Assembly (NCBI GenBank): GCA_050250895.1 | Contig: JBFWNU010000002.1 | Span: forward strand, 855,659 to 919,658 | Reading direction: 5' to 3' | Length of the DNA: 64,000 bases | From: Vulcanimicrobiota bacterium | GTDB taxonomy: Bacteria; Vulcanimicrobiota; Xenobia; Xenobiales; JADMJV01 | Part shown: piece after piece, positions 19,362 through 28,468 of the stretch | How the letters are laid out: every line of letters starts with the position of its first letter | Numbering within the stretch: position 1 is the stretch's first letter | The notes under the pieces: model-generated | What the model was told of the DNA's origin: nothing | The model's database searches: none | The model's input: the letters and a program-made list of their open reading frames with translations, nothing else | Translations under genes and position numbers: made by a program

Positions 19362-21357
19362 TGCGGCGCTCGCCCTCGCGTAGCATCGGGCTGCCGGGCG
19401 GGATCTTGAAGGCCTGCTCGAATTCGGGCAGGTTCGACAGCGGTCCGTTGACCCGATAGCGAGGGTGGGGATGGGGGTCGGTGTTGACCTGCAGGCGCTC
19501 GTATTCGGGGCGCATGTTCATAGCCCAGACGCGGGCGTAGGCCAGGAAGAATCGCTGCTCGGGATTGAACTTGCCGCTGCGATCGGGAGGGTTTTTCTGC
19601 CAGGCCTTCTGCAGGGCGCGATAGGCCAGCTTGAGTCCGCCCAGGTCGGCGATGCTCTCGCCCACCACCAGTTTGCCGTTGATGTGCAGGTTATCGGCCA
19701 CGGTGTATTCGTCGAACTGCTTGACGATGCGTTCGGCCAGACCTTCGAAGCGCAACTTGTCGTCGTCGGTCCACCAGTTTTCCAGGTTGCCTTTGGCGTC
19801 GTACTTGGAGCCCTGGTCGTCAAAACCGTGAGTTAACTCATGGCCGATGACCATGCCCAGGGCCCCGTAGTTAAGGGCGTCGTCGTAGTCGTTCGAGAAG
19901 AAGGGAGGCTGGAGAATGCCGGCCGGGAACACGATCTCGTTAGAGGAGGGGTCGTAGTAGGCGTTGACCGTCTGGGGGGTCATATACCACTCGTTGGGGT
20001 CGACCGGTTTGCCGATCTTGGCCAGGTCGCGAGCCACCTCGAAGGCCTGGGCGGCCAGAGCGTTCTCGGCATAGGCCCCGGGCTTGATGGTCAGGCTGGA
20101 ATAGTCGCGCCACTGATCGGGGTAGCCGATCTTCTGGCGGATGGCCTGGAGCTTCTCGACCGCCTTGAGGCGGGTAGCCGGGCTCATCCACTCGAGGGTT
20201 TCGAGGTCTTCGCGTAGGGCCGCCCGCAGGTTGGCGATCAGCTCTTCGACGCGGACTTTGGCTTCGGGGGGGAACTTGCGGGCCACGAACTTTTTGCCCA
20301 AAGCCATGCCGATGGCGCCATCGGTGGCTGCCACCACCCGCTTCCAGCGCGGTTGCATCTTCTCGGCGCCGGTCAGGGCCTTGCCGTAGAAGTTGAAGGT
20401 CGCTGTCTCGAACGGCTCGGCCAGGCTGGGCGCTTGACTGTGGACCAGGTGCCAGCGCAGGTAGGTCTTATGGGTCTCGATGGGAGTCTGGGTCAGGGCT
20501 GCGTCGAGCGCCTTGAAGAAGTCGGGGGTGGCCACGTTGAGCCACTCGATTTCGACGCCCATCCGTTGAAAATAGGTGGCCCAGTCGAAATGGGGGCTGA
20601 CTGCCTTCAGTTCGGCCAGGGTCTTGGGGTTGTAGGTCGCTTCGGGGTCGCGCAGGGCCACCCGTGTCATCGAGTCTTTGGCCAGTTTGCTTTCGAAATC
20701 ATAGACATAAGAGCTGTCGTGGGCCGAGCCCTGGGCCGAAGGACCCATCAGATTGAACATAGTGACCAGGTGGCCCTGATAACCCGAGCGGATCTTCCGG
20801 GACGCCTCATCGTCGCGAAAGTAGTAATCGCGATCAGGCAGTCCCAGCCCGCCTTGCGAAAGTTGGCCGATGACTTTCGAGCTGTCTTTCGAGTCTTGCA
20901 CGGCGCCGAAGTTGAAATAAACCCATACGCCCATCGAGTGGAGGCGGGCGACCTCGGCTTGCAGACTCGCCTGGTCGGTGATGGCCTCGATGCGAGCCAA
21001 CTCGTCGGCCAGCGGCTTGAGGCCGGCGGCGTTGATGGCTTTGGTGTCCATCCCCGAGGCGTAGAAATCGGCCAGTTTCTGCTCTTCTGAGCCCGGGGCG
21101 GGATTTTGCCTTCCGAGTTCTTCGAGAATCTCGCGACAGACCGCTTGATTGTTCTCGGCCAGCACGTTGAAAGTGCCCCAGCGGGGGCGGTCCGAGGGAA
21201 TCGGATTGCGCTTCATCCAGCCGCCGTTGGCGTACAGATAGAAATTCTCGGCCGGCGACACGGTAGTGTCCATGTCGGCCGGGTCGAGCCCGGTGGGTGG
21301 GGCTGCCCAGGCGGGCAGACAGCAAAGAATGGCCAGGGCCAGGAACAGTCGTTTCAT
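19348..21357 (-). CDS. M13 family zinc metalloendopeptidase (PepO/neprilysin-like), secreted
   Basis: Signal peptide; VNAYY, GHELTHGFDD, GESIADLGG, DPHP...RVN. Confidence 0.96.
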   Translation of the reverse strand: MKRLFLALAILCCLPAWAAPPTGLDPADMDTTVSPAENFYLYANGGWMKRNPIPSDRPRWGTFNVLAENNQAVCREILEELGRQNPAPGSEEQKLADFYASGMDTKAINAAGLKPLADELARIEAITDQASLQAEVARLHSMGVWVYFNFGAVQDSKDSSKVIGQLSQGGLGLPDRDYYFRDDEASRKIRSGYQGHLVTMFNLMGPSAQGSAHDSSYVYDFESKLAKDSMTRVALRDPEATYNPKTLAELKAVSPHFDWATYFQRMGVEIEWLNVATPDFFKALDAALTQTPIETHKTYLRWHLVHSQAPSLAEPFETATFNFYGKALTGAEKMQPRWKRVVAATDGAIGMALGKKFVARKFPPEAKVRVEELIANLRAALREDLETLEWMSPATRLKAVEKLQAIRQKIGYPDQWRDYSSLTIKPGAYAENALAAQAFEVARDLAKIGKPVDPNEWYMTPQTVNAYYDPSSNEIVFPAGILQPPFFSNDYDDALNYGALGMVIGHELTHGFDDQGSKYDAKGNLENWWTDDDKLRFEGLAERIVKQFDEYTVADNLHINGKLVVGESIADLGGLKLAYRALQKAWQKNPPDRSGKFNPEQRFFLAYARVWAMNMRPEYERLQVNTDPHPHPRYRVNGPLSNLPEFEQAFKIPPGSPMLREGERRNAIW

Positions 21358-21404
21358 GATGGATCTCCCGTTCGCCCTTGAACCGGCCGGGCCCCTTTGA
21401 GTTG

Positions 21405-21602
21405 CTAGTCAGACCATCCCAGAGGCTGGCCTCGATGGCCCGGCCGTTCGACAGCCACGGCCGTGGGGGGCTGTGGCGCCGGGGCCCGTCGCGACAACAA
21501 GACGGTCAGGGGCGGGGCGGCGGGTGGACCGCTGACCAGCGGTGGCGAGGCCAGGGCTAGCAGGGTCAACAAGGTAAGAAGCCAGGCGGCGCGCTGTTTC
21601 AT
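21405..21602 (-). CDS. Small hypothetical protein with hydrophobic N-terminus
   Basis: ATGA overlap with the upstream gene's stop; signal-like segment. Confidence 0.4.
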   Translation of the reverse strand: MKQRAAWLLTLLTLLALASPPLVSGPPAAPPLTVLLSRRAPAPQPPTAVAVERPGHRGQPLGWSD

Positions 21603-22903
21603 GGAGTGAGGTCTCCGGCCAGCACGCCATGCGGGGTGCCGATGAGGAACTGGCCACTGTCGTTGAGGGCCAGCACTTCGTCGGGTCGCAGCACGCGATT
21701 ACCCGCTTTGAGCACGAAAGCGCTGCCGTCGTTGACGTTACCGGTGACCACCCCCGACGAGGTGCCGATTAGGAAGGTTCCGTCTTCGCGCAGCACGGCG
21801 CTGATGTTCTGGATGTGGCCGTCGCCGGGCATGTCGTCATAGCCGTCTTCGTCCACGCCATTGTTGGCATAAAGCTTGTGACCGTCGAGCTTGACCAGGG
21901 TCACCTCGTCACGCGAGGCGTCACCGCGCACCACCCCTGAGAGAGTGCCGGCCACGAACTGGCCGTTCTCGTTGAGGTCCATTCCTTCGTCGGCTCGCAC
22001 CGTCTTGCCGTCAAGCTTCACCAGGCTGGTCTGGCCACCCACCTCGCCGCGAATCAGGCCGGGGCCGGTGCCGGCGATGAACTGGCCTTGATTGTTGAGC
22101 TGTACTTCATCGTCAGCCCAGACCTTGCGGCCATCAAGTTGAACCAGCCTGGTCCCACCGTCGATATGGCCCTCGACCAGGCCGCGGGTGGTGCCAGCCA
22201 CGAACTGGCCGCGGTCGTTCAAGTCCAGACCATCGTCGACCTTGAGCGTCTTGCCGTCGAGGGTCACCAGGTGGGCCTCGCCCTGGGCCACCTGGCCGGT
22301 GACCAGACCCTGCAGCGCGCCCGCCAGGAAATGGCCCGAATCGTTGACGTCAAAGCCCTCGTCGGCGAAGGCCGTCCGCCCGTCGAGCTTGAGAAAGCGG
22401 GCCTGGCCGGTAGTGAGGTCGCCCACCACGATGCCGCGGTTGGTGCCCACGATGAACTGGCCCTTCTCGTTGATGGCCGAGCCGCCGTCCGAGCGAAGGT
22501 CCTTGCCCTCGACCCGCAACAGATGCTGGCTGCCGGCCTGGTTGAGGTTGCCGACCACGATGCCCTGAATGGTGCCGACCACGAACTGGCCTTGGGAGTT
22601 GACGGCCCCTCCTTCATTGGCGAACAGCTTGTGCCCGTCAAGCTCGAGAAAGTGCCCGGTGGCCGTGCCTTCGGGAGCTTCCGGCAGGGCGATCTGGATC
22701 GAGGGCTGGTTGCTGGCGGTGCACCCGGCCACTGAAGTCACCGCTACCAGCCCCAGCAACGCCGCTCCCCACAACGACTTGGGGGAATGGGCGGGGGTCG
22801 GGTCCTGGGTGAAGTTGTCCAGCGAGGGAGCTTCTTCGGTTGGGACGGTGGCGGAGCGAACTCCGGGAGGGGCGGCATGGCGGACGGAACTCAACTTCTG
22901 CAT
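21599..22903 (-). CDS. Repeat protein, probable 8-bladed beta-propeller
   Basis: Eight ~41-aa repeats LxLDGxxxxADEGxxxNxxGQFxxGTxxGxxxG after a hydrophobic segment ending VAGC. Confidence 0.75.
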   Translation of the reverse strand: MQKLSSVRHAAPPGVRSATVPTEEAPSLDNFTQDPTPAHSPKSLWGAALLGLVAVTSVAGCTASNQPSIQIALPEAPEGTATGHFLELDGHKLFANEGGAVNSQGQFVVGTIQGIVVGNLNQAGSQHLLRVEGKDLRSDGGSAINEKGQFIVGTNRGIVVGDLTTGQARFLKLDGRTAFADEGFDVNDSGHFLAGALQGLVTGQVAQGEAHLVTLDGKTLKVDDGLDLNDRGQFVAGTTRGLVEGHIDGGTRLVQLDGRKVWADDEVQLNNQGQFIAGTGPGLIRGEVGGQTSLVKLDGKTVRADEGMDLNENGQFVAGTLSGVVRGDASRDEVTLVKLDGHKLYANNGVDEDGYDDMPGDGHIQNISAVLREDGTFLIGTSSGVVTGNVNDGSAFVLKAGNRVLRPDEVLALNDSGQFLIGTPHGVLAGDLTP

Positions 22904-23056
22904 GTCCCCAGTGTAACGTCTTGATGTTTCTAAACTGTTTCCAAAATGTATCCGGGTTTCTATTCCTTCACGTGCAACAACTTCCGTCTCTAAGTGGACA
23001 CTTTTCGCTGTCGATTTCTACCGTCTACCGACTTCCGTCTGATCCTACCGTCTGAT

Positions 23057-23971
23057 CTACCACGCGTGCCCGGCCATCAGCATCGAGGCCAGGGCTTCGC
23101 TGATCGGTTGTCCGGTTCGGTTTTCATACCAGCCGTAGGCCGGGGAGGGGTTGACCTCAAAGCAGCACACCTCGCCCTCGGGAGTGAAGCGAAGGTCGAG
23201 CCCGGCCAACGGCAACTCGAGGCGTCGGGCCAGGTTCTGGCAGCGTTCAGCCAGCTCGGCGGGAAGGTCCCAGGCCACGATCTCGGACTCTTTGTCATAG
23301 CGATAATCACTCTTCTGCGACTCGATCCGCGAGGCGAAGACACCGTGGTTGCCGACCACATGGACCCGCACGTCAAAGCCCGGCACATAGCTCTGCAGCT
23401 GCAAAGGGCAGTATTGCAGTTGCTCGAGTCGATCCAGATCTTGTTCTTGCAGCTTCTGCACGATCGAGCGCTGGTAGCTGATCGATTTGAAGATGACCTC
23501 GCCCTCTTGCTCTTCGTAAAAGAAGCGAGCCTGCTGGTCGCGGTTGGTCACCACCGTGGCGGGCACAGCCAGGCCCGCTTCGGCGATGAGGCGAATCTGA
23601 TAAGGCTTGCTGGCGTTGGAACTGGCCGCCCGCGGCCGGTTGACCACCAGACCCGGAAAGTTGTTGAGCCAGCCCACCAGGGCCGACTGGCACTGATGGT
23701 TGACGTGCACGACCTCCTCGTCGCTGTACTCTTCATAGACTTGAAAGTTCGAGAAGCCGACGCGATGATAGATAGCCCGAATGCGGCTGCACGCGATCCG
23801 CTCGCCACCCAGCAGAAAGGCATCCTGTTCAGGCGTCGAGCCGAAAGCGAGACGAATCTCGCCGGGGATGTCGTGCACCGAAAAGAACATCGATTCTGCC
23901 CCGGCCGCCGACAAGGCCTCGGCGATGCCGACACCCATCGGGTCTTCGGGCGAAGAGATGACCAGGATCAC
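23057..23971 (-). CDS. ATP-grasp ligase, RimK/MvdC-MvdD (graspetide synthetase)-like
   Basis: GTG start overlapping the upstream TGA; NRP..SNASKPYQ...GLAVPATVVTN, VIFKS, LQSYVPGFDVRVHVVG, GLDL...FEVNPSP. Confidence 0.88.
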   Translation of the reverse strand: MILVISSPEDPMGVGIAEALSAAGAESMFFSVHDIPGEIRLAFGSTPEQDAFLLGGERIACSRIRAIYHRVGFSNFQVYEEYSDEEVVHVNHQCQSALVGWLNNFPGLVVNRPRAASSNASKPYQIRLIAEAGLAVPATVVTNRDQQARFFYEEQEGEVIFKSISYQRSIVQKLQEQDLDRLEQLQYCPLQLQSYVPGFDVRVHVVGNHGVFASRIESQKSDYRYDKESEIVAWDLPAELAERCQNLARRLELPLAGLDLRFTPEGEVCCFEVNPSPAYGWYENRTGQPISEALASMLMAGHAW

Positions 23972-24837
23972 GGCTTGCCCTCCAACAACTCGGCCACGGC
24001 CGAGCGCACCGTCTCGTGAGATAGGGCCGCCAGGCTGGGAAAGCTCTGCAGCGAGCCCACCTGCCACTGCCCGTCGTGACCCCGTCGCAGGTTGAATTCG
24101 CCCAGATTCAGCTCGAGACTGCGGGCTAGGTCAAGACAGGCCTCTTGCAGTTGCGCGGGTGGCTCGGCTTCGCCTACGAACAAGCCTTCTTCACCCACCA
24201 CACACAGGGCGCCGGCCCCCGGCCACGGCTCGGCCTCGAAATGAATCGGGGCCAGCGGCAACCGCTCGAGCAGCTCGAGTTGGTCCTCTTCCATGGCCGT
24301 GAAGTGGCTGCCGGGGTCGCCCACCTGGCGATAGATGATGCGCCCCTGGTGGTGCCGATGAAAGTCGCGAGCCGCCTCAGGATCCGAGGTCACCAGCATC
24401 TCGGGCACCGGCAACCCGGCCGCGCTGACCGTGCGCATGGTCGACCAGCGCGTTCCCCAGGTATCAGGCCGGCGAAAAAAGTTGGCCATCAGGGCCGTGT
24501 CCGACAGTTGGTCGAACATGGCGATGAGGGTGGCCCACTCTTCGAGCTGAATGTAACCGCGATCTTGCTCTGAAAAGCCCTCCAGGCTTTCGGGGGGCAC
24601 AAAGAAATGGTCCATGCAAACCGCCGACACTGTCGAGAAAGGCAGCACGCCCCCATCGGGCAGATAGACCAGGCTCGTGCCCGGGTCGGGCCCAAGATAG
24701 AGCGAGCATTCCGAGAAAAACTGCTCTTGAGTAAAGAACGCCACCGGTCGCCGTTGGCGATTGAGCAGCGTCTCGTAAAGAATGGCCAGACCCGGATGTT
24801 GAAGGGTCCCGTAGAACAGGACGCACGATTCTTGCAT
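23968..24837 (-). CDS. Degenerate ATP-grasp-fold protein
   Basis: AGLPVPEMLVTSDPEAARDF...GRIIY aligns by eye with the neighbouring ligase, but the conserved Lys residues and ExN motif are absent. Confidence 0.7.
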   Translation of the reverse strand: MQESCVLFYGTLQHPGLAILYETLLNRQRRPVAFFTQEQFFSECSLYLGPDPGTSLVYLPDGGVLPFSTVSAVCMDHFFVPPESLEGFSEQDRGYIQLEEWATLIAMFDQLSDTALMANFFRRPDTWGTRWSTMRTVSAAGLPVPEMLVTSDPEAARDFHRHHQGRIIYRQVGDPGSHFTAMEEDQLELLERLPLAPIHFEAEPWPGAGALCVVGEEGLFVGEAEPPAQLQEACLDLARSLELNLGEFNLRRGHDGQWQVGSLQSFPSLAALSHETVRSAVAELLEGKP

Positions 24838-24844
24838 TCAGAGG

Positions 24845-25780
24845 CTAGGCGAAGAAGCGGTTCGAGAGCGTCGTGACCGTCGGCTGCACGCGATTGAACA
24901 CTTCCAGGTCCTTTTCGCCGAGCTTCTCGTTTTCGATTTTGAAGGACTCTTTGGCCTCGAGGGATTTCTCGATATTGAGTTTCTCGGGATTCTTGTCGCC
25001 GAGCTTTTCATTCTCGGCTTTGAAGCTCTGCTTCTCGGCCTGCTTGTCGAGCAACTTATCGTTCTGGATAGCCTTCTCGTTGTATGACTTGTCACCGAGC
25101 TTCTCGTTTTCGGCCTTGAAGCTCTGCTTTTCGGCCTGCTTGTCGAGCAACTTATCGTTTTGGATAGCCTTTTCGTTGTATGACTTGTCACCGAGCTTTT
25201 CGTTTTCGGCCTTGAAGGTCTGCTTCTCGGCCTGCTTCTCGAGCAACTTATCGTTTTGGATAGCCTTTTCGTTGTATGACTTGTCACCGAGCTTTTCGTT
25301 TTCGGCCTTGAAGGTCTGCTTCTCGGCCTGTTTGTCACCCAGCTTCTCGTTGGTGACGGCCTTTTCATTGTAGGACTTGTCACCGAGTTTCTCGTTCTCG
25401 GCTTTGAAGGTCTGCTTTTCGATGCTCTGCTTTTCGATGGGCCCTTTTTCGAAGGACTGCTTATCGGCTTGCTTCTCGCCGAGCTTTTCGTTCTCGGCTT
25501 TGAACGAGAGCTTCTCGATATTCTTCTCTTGTCCCAATTTCTCGGGAGCGAACTTCTCGTGGGTGCCCTTCTCGGGTTGGCCCTTCTCGTAACCGAGCTT
25601 TTCGCTGGCGAATTTCTCAGGCTGCTTCTCGCTGCCGTGCTTGCAGAACGACTGCTGGAAGCCCGGCCCCTCGGTCGGCTTTCCGGCGGGTGCGGGGGCC
25701 GGTCCGCCGAGCGAGCGGATTGGGCCCTGGTGGGTGGTTAGCGCGGGACGAAACTGTGACGAGATGAACGGTTCTTTCAA
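24845..25780 (-). CDS. Glu/Asp-Lys-rich tandem-repeat protein; candidate RiPP (graspetide) precursor
   Basis: GGAGGAG RBS 8 nt before TTG 25780; N-terminal KEPFISSQF; seven FK(A/I)ENEKLG units at mostly 32-aa period; 7 nt from the ATP-grasp genes. Confidence 0.7.
   Translation of the reverse strand: MKEPFISSQFRPALTTHQGPIRSLGGPAPAPAGKPTEGPGFQQSFCKHGSEKQPEKFASEKLGYEKGQPEKGTHEKFAPEKLGQEKNIEKLSFKAENEKLGEKQADKQSFEKGPIEKQSIEKQTFKAENEKLGDKSYNEKAVTNEKLGDKQAEKQTFKAENEKLGDKSYNEKAIQNDKLLEKQAEKQTFKAENEKLGDKSYNEKAIQNDKLLDKQAEKQSFKAENEKLGDKSYNEKAIQNDKLLDKQAEKQSFKAENEKLGDKNPEKLNIEKSLEAKESFKIENEKLGEKDLEVFNRVQPTVTTLSNRFFA
24915..25505 (-). repeat. Coding tandem repeat, 96-bp (32-codon) period
   Basis: Near-identical copies of FKAENEKLGDKSYNEKAIQNDKLLDKQAEKQ(S/T), differing largely at synonymous positions. 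Confidence 0.9.
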
Positions 25781-25849
25781 AGTCGAAACTCCTCCGAATA
25801 CCAAATTGTATCACGACCCCACCCGGTTTGGTCTAGAGGTTGGCCAAAA

Positions 25850-26227
25850 TCAGTGGCGCACCCCGCTAAGGTAGGTCTCGGCCAGCACTCGCTGGTCCTG
25901 GCCGCGCACCTGCCACGAAACCACGACCTGGGCGCTTTTCAACAGGCGGGGATCTCGTCCGGCCAGCTCAGCGATCTCTTGCCGGATGGCAAAACGCTGC
26001 CCTTCCACCGTGATGTCCTCGGTGTAGATGCCGACCTCGAGTTGCTCGAAGCTGGTGTGCTGCAGTCTGGCCAACCGGTCCTGGGCCAGGTTATTGGCCA
26101 CCAGGCGCGCTTCGGTCCGAGCAATCGCAAGCAGCGAGGTGGGGAAGAGGTTGAGCACGAGAATGCCGATCACAAAGGCCACGGCCGCGGCGAAGACCAC
26201 TTCTGCCAGGCTCAATCCCCGTCGCAT
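25850..26227 (-). CDS. Prepilin-type N-terminal cleavage/methylation protein (minor pilin)
   Basis: RRG|LSLAEVV class III signal peptide. Confidence 0.8.
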   Translation of the reverse strand: MRRGLSLAEVVFAAAVAFVIGILVLNLFPTSLLAIARTEARLVANNLAQDRLARLQHTSFEQLEVGIYTEDITVEGQRFAIRQEIAELAGRDPRLLKSAQVVVSWQVRGQDQRVLAETYLSGVRH

Positions 26228-26277
26228 CCCGCATGCTTCCGCGAGGACCGCGCTGCAACCTGCGAGAAAGCCTGGTA

Positions 26278-26919
26278 ATGGACCCCGGGAAAAGGCGCTT
26301 CAAGACCGGCGTGACGCTGATCGAGCTCATTATCTACGCCGGCTTGAGCTTGCTGTTGCTGGGTCTGCTGTTTTATCTCTTGTGGCCCAGCGCCCGGGCC
26401 TCGGGGGTCGCCACCGCCAAGGTGCGCCTTCACCAGATGGCCACCAACGTCTTGACCAAGCTGGGCCGCGACCTGGCTACCAGCAATGCCTCGGCCGTTT
26501 CTTTGCTCGATTCGGCCGCGGCCCCCCAGCCCAATGGCCTGGCTCTGGTGCAAGCTCGGGGCCTGACGGCCAGTGGCCAGACCAGCTGGCAGACCGAAGC
26601 CATCTGCTATCTGTTCTTGCCGGAGCAGGGCCGCGTGGTGCGCCAACTTTGCCCCCCCGAGCCGCCCTCGGTCGTTTTTCTGGCCTCGCGGCCGGCGCTG
26701 CTCTCGGCCTCTGACCTGCTGGCGGTGGCCCAAAACTCCAACCAGACCCGCCGCACGTTGGCCCAGCAGGTTACCCGCTTCGAGGTCTTTCACGAGGGCG
26801 ACACCCGAGCCAGGGTGGTCTCGCCCCTGCGGGTGCGCATTCGCCTCGAAGCCGATGTGCCCGGCCGCACCGCCCCGGAGGTTTTCGAACTGGAGCGAAC
26901 CTTTGCGCTGCGCGATTAA
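26278..26919 (+). CDS. Prepilin-type N-terminal cleavage/methylation protein
   Basis: KTG|VTLIELIIY followed by a hydrophobic helix. Confidence 0.8.
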   Translation: MDPGKRRFKTGVTLIELIIYAGLSLLLLGLLFYLLWPSARASGVATAKVRLHQMATNVLTKLGRDLATSNASAVSLLDSAAAPQPNGLALVQARGLTASGQTSWQTEAICYLFLPEQGRVVRQLCPPEPPSVVFLASRPALLSASDLLAVAQNSNQTRRTLAQQVTRFEVFHEGDTRARVVSPLRVRIRLEADVPGRTAPEVFELERTFALRD

Positions 26920-28468
26920 GATTGTCTTGCTGATGGGACTGCTCTGGGCGGGGGCCACCGCCGAGGTTCGCGACCTGATGATCGTGGCTGTCGACACCCA
27001 GGGCAAGAACTTGCGCGCCGAGCTCTATCTCAAGGCCGAGGGCTTCGAGTTGCTCGGTCCCAGCGGGCGGGCCTATGCGGTCGAGATGGACCCGTTCACT
27101 CTCAAGAATGGACAGGTTCGCCTGCGGGTGGGCCTGATCCATCCAGACTACATCGGTCTCTATGAAGAGATCGACTTTCGTCGCGGGGTGCCCGTCAAGC
27201 TCAAGATGGTGCCGCGCATTCGCCGTTTCGAGTTGCAGACCGATCCCCCCGATGCCCGGGTTCGCTCCCAACAGGGCTTTCTCGAGCGGCAGCCGGATGG
27301 CTCGCTGGAGCTCGACCCGGCCGCTTACCTTCCCCTGGCCGGGCGGGCCGGTGGCGAGCCTGTCTATCAACGCGCCCCCGCCGAGTTGACCCTCGAGGCC
27401 GACGGCTACGAACCGACCAGCCTGATCATCGAGCCCGAGCAGTGGGCCACCGGTCAGCTGGGCTCGGTGGCCCTACCCGCCGCCCGCGGTCTGGGGCCCT
27501 TCCTGACCCGCCTGCGTCACTCTCCTGGCCCGCTGCTGCTGGTGTTGACCTTGCTTGGGCTGGGCGCTCTCAAAGCTCGTCAGCTGGCCGCCAGGGCGCG
27601 TCTGGCCGAGCAACTCGAGAGCCTGCGCGCCGATGGTAGCGATCCCCTGGCCGGAGCCGAACTCGGTGGCTATCGGCTGGCCGAGCAGTTGGGCCAGGGG
27701 GGCGCGGCTGCCGTCTATCTAGGCTATCCGGCCGCCAGCCTTGACCTGAGCAAGCCCGTGGCCGTCAAGGTCGTGCACCGCCAGTTGGCCCAGGATCCCG
27801 ATTTTCTCCAGCGCTTCTATCGCGAGGTCGAGGTGAGCGGTTCGCTGGTCCACGCCAACATCGTCGAACTCAAAGACTATGGCAACCAGGACGGGCAACT
27901 CTATCTGGTGTTGGAATACCTCAAAGGTACTTCCCTGCGGGATAAGGTTCGGGCCGGCCTGCCCCTCGCCCAGGTGATGGACTACCTTCGTCCGGTGGCC
28001 AAAGCCCTGATTTACGCCCACCAGCAAGGCGTGACCCATCGCGACCTCAAGCCCGAGAACATCATGGTGACCGAGCACGGTCTCAAAGTGATGGATTTCG
28101 GCTTTGCCAAGAAGCACAACGCCTCGACCATTACGGCCACCGGATTCATCTTCGGCACCCCGGCCTATCTGCCACCCGAGCAGGCCCGAGGCGAGGTCTG
28201 TGCGGCCACCGACCAGTATGCCTTCGGAGTGCTGGCCTTCGAGCTGTTCACCGGTCGCTTGCCCTTTGAAGCCGAAGAACCGTTGGCTCTGGTGATGCAG
28301 CACATGAGCGACCCGCCGCCCAGCCCGCGCGACTTTCGCCCCGACCTCTCGATCGAAGTCGAGGCCGTCGTGCTCAAACTGCTGGCCAAAGACCCCGAAG
28401 ACCGTTATCCCTCGATGAGCCAGGCCTGGCAGGCGCTCGAAGAGGCTAGTGGGCTTTCCACAGCCTGA
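26903..28468 (+). CDS. Membrane Ser/Thr protein kinase with N-terminal extracytoplasmic (PEGA-like) region
   Basis: Signal-like N-terminus, TM helix, GQGGAAAVY, VAVK, HRDLKPEN, DFG, GTPAYLPPE; start estimated. Confidence 0.9.
   Translation: MRCAIKIVLLMGLLWAGATAEVRDLMIVAVDTQGKNLRAELYLKAEGFELLGPSGRAYAVEMDPFTLKNGQVRLRVGLIHPDYIGLYEEIDFRRGVPVKLKMVPRIRRFELQTDPPDARVRSQQGFLERQPDGSLELDPAAYLPLAGRAGGEPVYQRAPAELTLEADGYEPTSLIIEPEQWATGQLGSVALPAARGLGPFLTRLRHSPGPLLLVLTLLGLGALKARQLAARARLAEQLESLRADGSDPLAGAELGGYRLAEQLGQGGAAAVYLGYPAASLDLSKPVAVKVVHRQLAQDPDFLQRFYREVEVSGSLVHANIVELKDYGNQDGQLYLVLEYLKGTSLRDKVRAGLPLAQVMDYLRPVAKALIYAHQQGVTHRDLKPENIMVTEHGLKVMDFGFAKKHNASTITATGFIFGTPAYLPPEQARGEVCAATDQYAFGVLAFELFTGRLPFEAEEPLALVMQHMSDPPPSPRDFRPDLSIEVEAVVLKLLAKDPEDRYPSMSQAWQALEEASGLSTA

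Noticed and set aside
19348-21357. M13 peptidase as the leader-removing protease of the RiPP-like locus
   Set aside because: Separated by two genes and intergenic gaps; a common stand-alone family, and nothing in the sequence links it
24915-25505. CRISPR or non-coding tandem repeat
   Set aside because: 96-bp period is a multiple of 3 with mostly synonymous variation, so it is coding
26573-26902. N-terminal extension of the kinase ORF
   Set aside because: Overlaps the pilin gene in another frame; a signal-like start lies at about 26903
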